Shown piece by piece: positions 12,171-23,526 of a DNA stretch of 24,348 bases. Origin of the DNA: an uncultured Oligoflexus sp. (GTDB lineage Bacteria; Bdellovibrionota_B; Oligoflexia; Oligoflexales; Oligoflexaceae); contig CAXSGP010000073.1 of the NCBI GenBank assembly GCA_964236955.1, positions 1-24,348 of the forward strand. Reading direction: 5' to 3'. The position numbers and the translations under genes were made by a program. The first letter of the stretch is position 1, and every line of letters starts with the position of its first letter. The notes beneath the pieces were generated by a model. The model saw only the letters and a list, made by a program, of their open reading frames with translations. It had not been told where the DNA came from and ran no database searches.

Positions 12171-14734
12171 TATTCTTCCGTTCCTTCATCATCGTCATCT
12201 TCAGCATCTGCTTCTGGGTCCACATCAATTTCAGCTTCTGCTTCGGCGTCGACCTCTTCAAGTGGAACAATGGCTTTGCCTTCCTCCCCAATCTCTTGGA
12301 TATCTTCGCCTTCAATGCGCTGGATCTTAGCAAGGCTGATAATCTTTTCGCCAGCTTCGACGTTCATCAGACGAACGCCCTGCGTCAAACGTCCAATCAG
12401 TCCCACTTCAGCAACGGTAAAGCGCATCACTTTACCTACCGAGGTCATCACCATGAGGTGATCGTCGGCGGCTACCTGCAGGATGCCCACGACCGGACCA
12501 TTACGGTCGGTGACTTTGATCGTATAGATGCCCTTACCCGCACGCGTTTGCGTCCGGTACTCTTCGATTGGCGTACGCTTGCCGTAACCGTTTTCACAGA
12601 CGGAGAGGATGGAATCGGTGTTGTTGACGACAGCGACGCCGATCACCTGATCTTTTTTATCACTAAACTTGATTCCCGTAACGCCGCGTGCCGAGCGACC
12701 CATGGGCCGGGTTTCTTTTTCATCAAAGCGAATGGCTTTGCCGAATTTGGTTGCCAGCAAAATATGCTCGTTACCCGAGGTTATCTTACAGTCGATCAGG
12801 CGATCCCCGTCCTCCAGCTTCAGACCGATAATGCCGGTCTGCCGGAGGTTCGAGTAGGCCATGAGATCGGTTTTTTTCACATAACCCTGCGCGGTTACGG
12901 AAAGTATGTATTTGCCTTCCATAAATTCCTTAACAGGAAGGACGGAGACAACTTTTTCGTCAGCTGTGAGCTTGATCAGGTTGGCAAAGTGTGCGCCTCG
13001 CCCCGAAAGGGCGACTTCCGGCAAACGATAGACCTTGAGCTCGTAGACGCGACCCTGATCGGTAAAGCAAAGAAGCGACTGATGGTTTGAGGTGATAAAA
13101 AGATCCCGCACGACATCGTCGGCCTTGGTCTTCATCCCCGACCGGCCTTTGCCGCCCCGTTTTTGCGCCTGAATATCGGTGATCGGCGTGCGCTTGACGT
13201 ATCCCGCATGGCTAATGGCTACCGCCACCTCCTCATCGGCGACCAGACTCTCCATCGTAAACTCGTCGGCATCACTGGCGACGATTTCGGTGCGACGGGG
13301 ATCGGAGAAGTTTTCGCGCAGCTCGAGGATCTCATCCTTGATGATGGCAATCACGCGCGCTGGGGTGGCGAGGATATCCTTAAGGTCTTCGATGACCTTC
13401 ATAAGTTCGGCGTATTCGCTTGTGATCTTATCACGTTCCAGTCCGGTCAAACGCGACAGACGCATGTCGAGGATGGCCTTGGCCTGAATCTCGCTAAGGG
13501 AGAACCGGGCGATAAGCTCGAGCTGGGCCGCATCACTGTCGACCGAAGCCCGAACGATACGAACGACCTCGTCGAGATTTTCAACGGCAATCTTCAAGCC
13601 GAGCAGGATATGCGCGCGTTCTTCGGCTTTTCTAAGCTCAAAGGCCGTGCGGCGGATAACGACTTCCTTACGGTGGAAGTAGAACTGCTCGAGGATGTCT
13701 TTGAGGTTTAGAATCCGAGGGATTCCGTTGACCAGGGCAACCGTGTTGACCCCGAAGCTGGTTTGCATCGGCGTAAGTTTGAACAGATTGTTCAATAAAA
13801 TCTCGCCCATCTCGCCCTTTTTCAACTCGATGACGATGCGGATTTCTTCCTGGGCCGATTCATCCCGAAGGTCACTGATGCCTTCGATGCGCTTTTCATT
13901 AACGAGGTCGGCGATACGTTCGATGAGGTTGGCCTTATTTACCTGATAAGGCAGTTCAGTGACGATGATGCGCTGGCGGCCGTTGGCATGGTCTTCAACA
14001 TGAGCGCGGGCGCGCATGCTGATCGAACCGCGACCGGTGAGGTAAGCCTGCTGAATACCGCTGCGGCCGTAGATAAGGCCCGCCGTGGGAAAGTCGGGGC
14101 CATGCACGTACTGCATCAGTTCTTCGATACTTACCGCAGGCTCTTCGATAACGGCCAAAAGCGCATCGAGGATTTCACCAAGGTTATGAGGTGGAATGTT
14201 GGTCGCCATACCGACCGCGATACCGCTGGCGCCGTTGACGATCAGCGCCGGGAAACGGGTGGGAAGAACGAGGGGTTCTTCTTCTTTGTTATCGTAGTTT
14301 GGTCCGAAATCGACAGTATCTTTTTCGATATCACTAAGGAGCTGCTCGGCAAGTTTTTCCAGTCGGACTTCGGTATAACGCATGGCCGCCGGTGAGTCGC
14401 CATCGATCGATCCAAAGTTACCCTGGCCATCGACCAGGGGATAGCGCATGGAAAAACTCTGCGCCATGCGAACGAGGGCGAAGTAGACCGACTGATCGCC
14501 GTGCGGATGCAGGCGACCAATCACGTCGCCGACGATACGCGCTGACTTCAAGTAAGGACGATTGTAGTAGTTGCGCATCTGATGCATCGCAAACAGAACG
14601 CGCCGGTGAACGGGCTTGAGACCATCGCGGACATCGGGCAGGGCGCGCGAAACGATGACGCTCATGGAGTAGTCAAGGAACGACGCTTTGAGTTCGTCTT
14701 CTATATGAATCAGCTGCACATTTGGATGTTCCAT
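12170..14734 (-). CDS. gyrA: DNA gyrase subunit A
   Basis: [28 protein letters not shown] with the catalytic Tyr, GyrA-box QKRGGKG, beta-pinwheel repeats and acidic tail. Confidence 0.99.
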   Translation of the reverse strand: MEHPNVQLIHIEDELKASFLDYSMSVIVSRALPDVRDGLKPVHRRVLFAMHQMRNYYNRPYLKSARIVGDVIGRLHPHGDQSVYFALVRMAQSFSMRYPLVDGQGNFGSIDGDSPAAMRYTEVRLEKLAEQLLSDIEKDTVDFGPNYDNKEEEPLVLPTRFPALIVNGASGIAVGMATNIPPHNLGEILDALLAVIEEPAVSIEELMQYVHGPDFPTAGLIYGRSGIQQAYLTGRGSISMRARAHVEDHANGRQRIIVTELPYQVNKANLIERIADLVNEKRIEGISDLRDESAQEEIRIVIELKKGEMGEILLNNLFKLTPMQTSFGVNTVALVNGIPRILNLKDILEQFYFHRKEVVIRRTAFELRKAEERAHILLGLKIAVENLDEVVRIVRASVDSDAAQLELIARFSLSEIQAKAILDMRLSRLTGLERDKITSEYAELMKVIEDLKDILATPARVIAIIKDEILELRENFSDPRRTEIVASDADEFTMESLVADEEVAVAISHAGYVKRTPITDIQAQKRGGKGRSGMKTKADDVVRDLFITSNHQSLLCFTDQGRVYELKVYRLPEVALSGRGAHFANLIKLTADEKVVSVLPVKEFMEGKYILSVTAQGYVKKTDLMAYSNLRQTGIIGLKLEDGDRLIDCKITSGNEHILLATKFGKAIRFDEKETRPMGRSARGVTGIKFSDKKDQVIGVAVVNNTDSILSVCENGYGKRTPIEEYRTQTRAGKGIYTIKVTDRNGPVVGILQVAADDHLMVMTSVGKVMRFTVAEVGLIGRLTQGVRLMNVEAGEKIISLAKIQRIEGEDIQEIGEEGKAIVPLEEVDAEAEAEIDVDPEADAEDDDDEGTEE

Positions 14735-14743
14735 GATCTTCCC

Positions 14744-17287
<2,544 letters not shown>

Positions 17288-18406
17288 TTAGCTTTCTTTA
17301 ATGGGAACCAAGACATGCATTGAGTGGCAACGGGCAGGTTCGGTAAAAGGAACTAAAACCACAGGATCCTCATCAGATCCGAAGTTGATCGTCACTTCAT
17401 CGCTGGACATAGTCGAGAAGACGTCAGTCAGAAATTTGCCGTTAATCGCAAGCTCACGACTTCCGTCACAGTAATCCGCCAATGCGATACTTTCTTGTCC
17501 CTCAGAGCTCCCTAGAGTCCGCGACCTAAGGGTAAGCGAGTAATCTGAAAAGCACAACTGCAAAGCACGGGTCTTGTCAGAGGCTAGCAGTACGCGTTTC
17601 GCGACGTTTTGCAGATAAGGTCTTTGCACCTTTACGGCGTTCGCATTGCTCTTGGGAAGGACTCCAAAATAGTTGGGATAACGCACGGCGGAAAGTCGCA
17701 CAAACAACTGATAACCCGGCAACCTGGCCTCAAGTGTGGTTTGATCCGGCGCAATCGCCATGACGATATCGGCAAATCCTTCCGAGCACATCTTTTGCAA
17801 TTCCTGCAGTGCGCGTTTTGACAGGCAGACTCCTGACTTTAAAAAATCAGCTGGCAGATCCAAATCCATTTCAGCATAGGACAAACGGTAGCCGTCAGTT
17901 CCCACCAGCCGTAGATTTTTTTCGCTGGGGCGATGCAGATAACCAACCGAGCCATAGTTTCGGGGCGAATCCGTAATCACGCAGAACTGTACCTGCTCGA
18001 TGACGTAGGCCAGCTTATCGCAGGGTAGGGTCACTTCAAGCGCACCATCAAAATGCAGCGGGTCCTGCCACGCCCTGTCCACGATCTTTGGCAGCTTCAT
18101 CGTAAACTCTCGCCTCTCGCCGGCGATAAGCACGATCTGCGTCGCTTCCTCGTAGAATTCGACCTGTCCCTCAGGCAGCTCGCGAACGACGTCTGAGAAG
18201 AGCTTAGCCGGGACAAAGACGGTGCCCTCTTCCAGCACTTCACAATCAAAGCTGCTGTAGATTGCAATGACACGATCGGCCGCAGTGAGTTCCAGTTGGC
18301 CCTGAGAGGCGCGAAAACCGATCTGTGCCAAATTGCGTTCGGTCATGGCACCCTGCGATCGAGAGGTAGCGGTACTGAGTTGGGCCTTGTCGACTTTCAC
18401 TCGCAT
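17288..18406 (-). CDS. dnaN: DNA polymerase III beta sliding clamp
   Basis: 372 aa between dnaA/oriC and gyrB; VPAKLFSDVVRELP, VGTDGYRL, YPNY, AINGKFLTDV. Divergent but of the expected size and position. Confidence 0.93.
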   Translation of the reverse strand: MRVKVDKAQLSTATSRSQGAMTERNLAQIGFRASQGQLELTAADRVIAIYSSFDCEVLEEGTVFVPAKLFSDVVRELPEGQVEFYEEATQIVLIAGERREFTMKLPKIVDRAWQDPLHFDGALEVTLPCDKLAYVIEQVQFCVITDSPRNYGSVGYLHRPSEKNLRLVGTDGYRLSYAEMDLDLPADFLKSGVCLSKRALQELQKMCSEGFADIVMAIAPDQTTLEARLPGYQLFVRLSAVRYPNYFGVLPKSNANAVKVQRPYLQNVAKRVLLASDKTRALQLCFSDYSLTLRSRTLGSSEGQESIALADYCDGSRELAINGKFLTDVFSTMSSDEVTINFGSDEDPVVLVPFTEPARCHSMHVLVPIKES

Positions 18407-18429
18407 GCAATGTTCTCCGGGAATCTTCT

Positions 18430-18476
18430 TCTTATTTAAAGAAGTTATTTATATTTACAGATAGTAGTAGTAGTAG
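18430..18476. promoter_or_regulatory. DnaA-trio repeat (TAG)5 at 18462-18476 with adjacent AT-rich unwinding element
   Basis: Plus strand TTATTTAAAGAAGTTATTTATATTTACAGA-TAGTAGTAGTAGTAG, then a GC-rich spacer and a DnaA box; same order as the Bacillus subtilis basal unwinding system. Confidence 0.85.
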
Positions 18477-18660
18477 GTGACGCCCAAAAAAGTGGATAAC
18501 TCGACAACATTCTAAAAATATTAGATTATTAGACAATTTTGCCTGTGCAAAAGCTGTGGAAAACCTGTGGATAAGCCTGTGGATAAAAATGTGGATAACT
18601 TTAACGGCGATTCTATCCACAACTTATCCACAACTTATCCCCAGGGTTATCAACAGACCG
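18430..18660. other. Chromosomal replication origin oriC (dnaA-dnaN intergenic)
   Basis: DnaA boxes: AGTGGATAA 18491; TGTGCAAAA 18544; TGTGGAAAA 18555; TGTGGATAA 18566, 18578, 18590; CTATCCACA 18613; TTATCCACA 18624; TTATCCCCA 18635; TTATCAACA 18647. Also (TAG)5 and an AT-rich segment. Confidence 0.95.
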
Positions 18661-18673
18661 AGACTCTATAAAA

Positions 18674-20134
18674 CTAGGTGATTTGATCAAGCTTCCTTTC
18701 AATCATTTCCACCTGGGACCGCAGTTCTAGATCTTTTTTTCGATCCTTTTCGATCTTTTTCACAGCATGCATGACCGTCGTATGGTCTTTTCCGCCAAAA
18801 GTTCCTCCTATTTCGGGATAGGAAGATTGAGTCCTGACTCGGGAAAGGTACATTGCAATCTGCCTTGGCACCGATAGGGCGCGATGCCGCTTCTTTGACT
18901 TCAGATCAGCAACCTTCAGCTTAAAGTGATCAGCGACGATCTTTTGAATGGTCTCGACCGAAATCGAGCTGTCATTTTTATCGACCAGGATATCCTGCAG
19001 TATTTCCGAGGCCAGCTGCGTATTGATGGGCCGCCCCTGCAGGGCCGCAAAGGCAATGACCCGGCGCAGGGCTCCTTCCAGAACACGAATATTGCCCTTG
19101 GCGTGGGTCGCAATGTACTCGGCAACCTCGGTCTTGAGCAGGATGCCCTGCTTTTCAGCCTTGTTCATAAGAATCGCGACCCTATGTTCAATATCGGGCG
19201 CCTGGATATCGGCGATCAATCCCCATTGGAAGCGATTGCGAAGCCGGTCTTCGATATCGGGAATGTCCTGCGGAAAGATATCCGACGTGACGACGATCTG
19301 CTTTTTGGCTTCATAGAGAGCATTGAAGGTATGAAAAAACTCTTCCTGCGTGCGCTCTTTGCCCGAAATGAATTGAATGTCATCGACCAGTAGGACATCA
19401 CAGTTGCGATACTTGCGGCGAAAGTCCCACATCTTATTGAAGCGCAGGCAATAGATCATTTCGTTCATAAAGCGTTCGCTGGTGATATAGGTGATCACTG
19501 CATTGGAGCGGGCTTTGAGGACGCGGTTGCCGACGGCATGCAAAAGGTGGGTCTTACCAAGACCGGTGCCCCCATAGAGGAAGAGCGGATTATAGGTCTG
19601 CCCGGGAGCATCGGCGACGGCCAAGCACGAGGCGTGAGCAAACTGGTTGCTCGGGCCGTTGACGAAGGTTTCAAAGGTGTATTCAACATTAAGTTGCGAC
19701 TGCAGGGTGAGGGCCCTGGCAATGGTATTGGGGCTTTCTTTGACATCTTCAGGCGGCGCCCCCACATCGGGATAGGCATCGGGCGGCGGCGCGATGTCGG
19801 CAAAGTAATCGAGATGCTCTAAGGTTTCCGAATCGTTGGTGGCAGCGCCTTCTATTTCAAAACGCACGAGGACCGAGAGTCCCAGAGTGGCCTTGCAGTA
19901 GTCGAGCTGGTCCATGTAGCTGCCTAGGACCTTTTGATAGGAAGCCATATCGGGAAAACTGATGATAAGTTCCGAATCGGAAACAAGCTTGGAACGCAGC
20001 GGCTCTATCCATTTATTGAACTCATCCTCGGCAATCATCGGGCGCAGCGTATCTTTCATGCGTAGCCACGTATCTTGAACACCTTCTGGCTGGCCAAGTA
20101 TTGACGGGAGTGCTGGGGGGATACTGCTTTGCAT
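18674..20134 (-). CDS. dnaA: Chromosomal replication initiator DnaA
   Basis: YTFETFVNGPSN, YNPLFLYGGTGLGKTHL, LLVDDIQF, TQEEFFHTFN, RQIAMYL, GGKDHTTVMHA. Start uncertain: ATG 20134 (AGGA upstream) or TTG 20209. Confidence 0.99.
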   Translation of the reverse strand: MQSSIPPALPSILGQPEGVQDTWLRMKDTLRPMIAEDEFNKWIEPLRSKLVSDSELIISFPDMASYQKVLGSYMDQLDYCKATLGLSVLVRFEIEGAATNDSETLEHLDYFADIAPPPDAYPDVGAPPEDVKESPNTIARALTLQSQLNVEYTFETFVNGPSNQFAHASCLAVADAPGQTYNPLFLYGGTGLGKTHLLHAVGNRVLKARSNAVITYITSERFMNEMIYCLRFNKMWDFRRKYRNCDVLLVDDIQFISGKERTQEEFFHTFNALYEAKKQIVVTSDIFPQDIPDIEDRLRNRFQWGLIADIQAPDIEHRVAILMNKAEKQGILLKTEVAEYIATHAKGNIRVLEGALRRVIAFAALQGRPINTQLASEILQDILVDKNDSSISVETIQKIVADHFKLKVADLKSKKRHRALSVPRQIAMYLSRVRTQSSYPEIGGTFGGKDHTTVMHAVKKIEKDRKKDLELRSQVEMIERKLDQIT

Positions 20135-20297
20135 CGATTGAGATCCTGCTGGCCAACATTTTGCTTGGGACCTTCTATCCAAAAGGTCTAGATGACTGAG
20201 AGACGCCAAAAGCTATCACAGGCTCCTTTGGTTTTTCAAGGTGAAAGAAAATGTTTATTTTGGCAATAAGAACAGTATATTATCGGTGATTTCCACC

Positions 20298-20335
20298 TGT
20301 GGATAAACTGTCGCTCATAAGCGTTGAAATGTCAA
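20298..20335 (-). promoter_or_regulatory. Putative dnaA promoter with a perfect DnaA box
   Basis: Minus-strand TTGACA at 20335-20330; weak -10 GACAGT at 17-bp spacing; perfect TTATCCACA immediately after (20306-20298). A TATACT hexamer lies at 20279-20274. Confidence 0.55.
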
Positions 20336-20385
20336 AATAGCCAGTCTTTCAAAATCTCTTTTATTATTCTGGGGAGTTCCGGTCG

Positions 20386-20649
20386 ATGAAGCAGTTCCAT
20401 AAATTTGGTTTAGTAATGGGCGCCAACTTTGAAGCCGTCGCCCTGATGGCCGCAGCCTTTTATTCGGCAAAATGGCTCAATGAGCATTATCCTAAGGACT
20501 ATGACTGGGCGTCTGTGACATATGTTTTGGGCTTGCTTCTCATCGCCCGCTCTTGGTATGTCGTACTTCGCGTGCTGATGCGGGACCAAAAGGCGTCAGA
20601 GACAGTCCATGCAAAGCTCGAGGCGAACGATGATATCCGGACAAAATAA
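20386..20649 (+). CDS. AtpZ/AtpI-family small membrane protein (two predicted TM helices)
   Basis: 87 aa, two hydrophobic helices flanking AKWLNEHYP, GGGGAG RBS; first gene of the atp Fo cluster. Confidence 0.65.
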   Translation: MKQFHKFGLVMGANFEAVALMAAAFYSAKWLNEHYPKDYDWASVTYVLGLLLIARSWYVVLRVLMRDQKASETVHAKLEANDDIRTK

Positions 20650-21028
20650 GAAGACGTTTCTGGTGCTGGCTTTTGGGCTTTTGGTGCTTTTGGCGATTGC
20701 CTCCCAATTTGCCGATCGTAACGTCGGCCTGGCTTTGATTGCCGGCTATTGTTTGTTTTCGCTCAACTACATTCTGCTCGCACGAATCTTTGCCGGTCTG
20801 GTGCAGGTCTCGCAAACCGGGGTAACCAGCCCCCGGTTGAAGACGGGGCTCTTTCTCGGGACGGCGATCAAATTTGTTGGCTTAATTGCCGCCCTGTTTG
20901 CGCTGATCGTTTGGTGGAAGCTGCCTGGCTTGTATATCGCTGTCGGTTCCTTGTTTTCTCTGTTGCTTTTGACCAGTCTTCTCTTGACGACTTATAGGAA
21001 AAGTATGGGATCCTCCTCGCAGCTCTAA
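20630..21028 (+). CDS. atpI: ATP synthase subunit I-like membrane protein (four predicted TM helices)
   Basis: Four hydrophobic segments (GYCLFSLNYILL, IKFVGLIAALFALI); directly upstream of atpB; ATG 20630 with GAGG upstream. Confidence 0.7.
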   Translation: MISGQNKKTFLVLAFGLLVLLAIASQFADRNVGLALIAGYCLFSLNYILLARIFAGLVQVSQTGVTSPRLKTGLFLGTAIKFVGLIAALFALIVWWKLPGLYIAVGSLFSLLLLTSLLLTTYRKSMGSSSQL

Positions 21029-21030
21029 CT

Positions 21031-21049
21031 AATGCAAAGCTTGCATTTT
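21031..21049 (+). terminator. Small hairpin between atpI and atpB; possible weak terminator or mRNA-stability element
   Basis: AATGCAA-AGC-TTGCATT followed by TT; AT-rich 7-bp stem, weak. Confidence 0.25.
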
Positions 21050-21128
21050 GGGCTATTCATTCGCTGAAAAATCAGTTAGTAAAGTAATCCGTTTCAAAAC
21101 TGGTCAAGAAGAAAGGATATGTCTTTAT

Positions 21129-21923
21129 ATGACAAAGAAGACGTTTAAAATAATTACATCCTTATCGGCCTTGAGCTGGAGCACGATCGGACGAGCTGAG
21201 GGAGGCGCTGCCCCTATTATTAGCTACTACGAATTCCTTCTGCATGGGCTTGGTCTTAACCATCATCAGATGGAAGATTGGAAGCCTGTTGTTGGGTCTT
21301 TTCTTACGCTGCTTTTGACGATCATTGTGGGTCTGCTTTACAAGGGTTCAGTCAATTTATCAGCGGATGTCGTCCCCAGTGGGCGTTTTGATATTCGAGG
21401 AATGGTCGAGACGGTTTTGGAATTCATCCATGATCTAGCCGTCAATATCATTGGTCCGGAGCGTTGCGCTCCATTTTTGTCGACGCTCTTCGGCATTTTC
21501 CTTTTCATCTTTGTTAGCAACATGACCGGCCTGGTGCCTGGTTTCACGCCTGCGACTGAGAGTTTTAGTACCAACTTAATGTTGGGTCTGTTCGTCTTTA
21601 TCGTGTTTAACGTTGCCGGTGTCAAAGAGCACGGGCTCATCGGTTACTTTAAGCTCTTTGCGGGACCACTGCTGATTCTTGCGCCTTTGATCTTTGGCAT
21701 CGAAATTATCGGTTTGCTGGTTCGCCCGGTTTCTTTAGCACTTCGTCTGTATGGCAACATTTTTGGTGATCACTTGGTCCTCTCGGTCTTTACGAGCCTA
21801 ACCAAAATCGTCCTTCCTTCGATGCTGCTGTTTTTTGGTCTTCTGGTAGCCTGTCTGCAAAGCTTTGTCTTTACACTGCTAAGCGGCATCTATATTTCCA
21901 TGGCGATTTCTCATGATCATTAA
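21129..21923 (+). CDS. atpB: F0F1 ATP synthase subunit a
   Basis: FIFVSNMTGLVPG, IEIIGLLVRPVSLALRLYGNIFGDH (essential Arg), LQSFVFTLLSGIYI. Likely start ATG 21129. Confidence 0.97.
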   Translation: MTKKTFKIITSLSALSWSTIGRAEGGAAPIISYYEFLLHGLGLNHHQMEDWKPVVGSFLTLLLTIIVGLLYKGSVNLSADVVPSGRFDIRGMVETVLEFIHDLAVNIIGPERCAPFLSTLFGIFLFIFVSNMTGLVPGFTPATESFSTNLMLGLFVFIVFNVAGVKEHGLIGYFKLFAGPLLILAPLIFGIEIIGLLVRPVSLALRLYGNIFGDHLVLSVFTSLTKIVLPSMLLFFGLLVACLQSFVFTLLSGIYISMAISHDH

Positions 21924-21949
21924 CTCTTTCTCAGTTTGTGGGGTAAATT

Positions 21950-22273
21950 ATGAAGCGTAATCTTACTGGCTTTATGGCAGTTTTGGGCGGTTTGTTCCTA
22001 AGCTCTTTAGCATTTGCTCAAGAAGCCAGTACACAAGCAGCTGCTGGCAACGGTGGCTTGATTGCTGTTGGTTCGGCATTGGCTATCGGTCTGGCTGCTC
22101 TCGGTGGAACCATGGGCCAAGGAAAAGCTGCCGGTGCTGCGCTTTCGGGTATCGCTCGTAACCCAACAGCTGCTGACAAAGTCTTCACACCTATGATCAT
22201 TGCTTTGGCCCTTATTGAATTTCAGGCAATTATGGGCTTCATTATTGCTTACATTCTATCTGCTAAAGTCTAA
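21950..22273 (+). CDS. atpE: F0F1 ATP synthase subunit c with an N-terminal extension
   Basis: AIGLAALGGTMGQG, loop IARNP, carboxylate in LALIE. Confidence 0.96.
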   Translation: MKRNLTGFMAVLGGLFLSSLAFAQEASTQAAAGNGGLIAVGSALAIGLAALGGTMGQGKAAGAALSGIARNPTAADKVFTPMIIALALIEFQAIMGFIIAYILSAKV

Positions 22274-22298
22274 TACTGATAAGTAAAAAAGACGCATT

Positions 22299-22330
22299 AC
22301 CTATGTTCCACGTGGAACATAGGTTTTTTT
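22299..22330 (+). terminator. Intrinsic-terminator-like hairpin whose core is a perfect parS site (22304-22319)
   Basis: 26-bp perfect palindrome ACCTATGTTCCACGTGGAACATAGGT running into a T7 tract, 25 bp after the atpE stop. Confidence 0.85.
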
Positions 22331-22639
22331 ACGTCGGCAATCTTACCCGAGAAACCGCCTGGTCTATCGACTCAATCCTCTACGTCCCTTTTACATTCTC
22401 CTGAGAGTCTATGGCTTCCTAGCCAGCCTTAAAATTCCGTCGGTTTAATACGAAGTCTTGACTCAGTTGAGCGGCAGCAAAGAGAAACTTTTCCGCGTTT
22501 AGACCGCGACAACCAAGCCATGCCTTATTCTGATGCCTATAGAATTGATCGAGAACCAGTATTGATCTGGTCGTGATCCCCAAAATAAATGGCATGTATG
22601 AAAAGAATAAGCGCTTTGTTTTGTCATAGGCTAGGAATT

Positions 22640-23160
22640 TGACGAAATTAAACTCATGCACTTTTTTTTATTCTAATTTTTCATTTTTTAAGCTTTTTTG
22701 AGCCTTTATTAACATTTTTTTGAAAAATAAGAATTATTTGAACTTTTTTAGCTAATTTTTCACATAAGAATCTCAATTTTTTAAAAAATGGAAAAAATTG
22801 GCTGAAATAATGAGAATTTTGCTTAAATAAGCTAACAACGGTTTTTTTGGATAAAATTTCTCAAAATTTGTCGTTGATTTTTAAAAAGCCTTCGCCTCGA
22901 ATCATTTCATTAGAAAATTTCTTTAATTGAGTTGATTGCGCACGATTTGACTTTCATTTGAGCGAAAAAATGACTGTTTAAACGAGCTATAGCCGGATTT
23001 TTTGATTTTAAAGTCTGAAAAGTACTTATGAGTTCGGAATTCAGCTTAAAAAAACTTCACAGCTATAAATATGGTCCCAATTTATCGAGTTCAGATCAAG
23101 ATTCGAGGTTTTTTCCTGCCTAGGGATATATGAATCCTTTTTTTCGATTTTTTGTGAAGG
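22640..23160. other. AT-rich non-coding region with dense A/T tracts
   Basis: Visibly much lower GC than the coding DNA; many T5-T8 and A5-A7 runs; no credible ORF. Confidence 0.7.
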
Positions 23161-23526
23161 TGAGTATCTGGCGGCCTCGCATGAGGGCGAAAAATATTCC
23201 CCAAGCCTAAGTTCGCTCGGGAAATCATCTCTAAAACAGGCTTTGAATCGGTGAATTCTTAAAAAGGACGGCGAGGCGCAGCAGCAATGTTCTCAGCGCT
23301 GTTTGTCATAATTGAACCCATTATGGATCGTCTTTTGAAAAATGCGCGATTTTGCCAAGCTTCACGGCATTTTGTCGGCTGCAGTTTACGTATGATTGGA
23401 ACAAAAATAAGCAAAAGGTGGCCTGGCAGGAACTTTCAGCTCCCCATTTGCTTAATATTAGACGAGAGATATGGGTTTTAAGGTAGGGGAGGGTGGCCTA
23501 TCGAGTAAAATGGTCCCAAGGACCAA

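Noticed and set aside
18432..18620. 62-aa ORF between dnaA and dnaN
   Set aside because: It is the translation of DnaA boxes and trios (IHR/IHI repeats, LLLLL).
22419..23481. Short ORFs 22419-22661 (-) and 23287-23481 (+)
   Set aside because: No recognisable motifs, no clear RBS, AT-rich context; cannot be supported, though not excluded.
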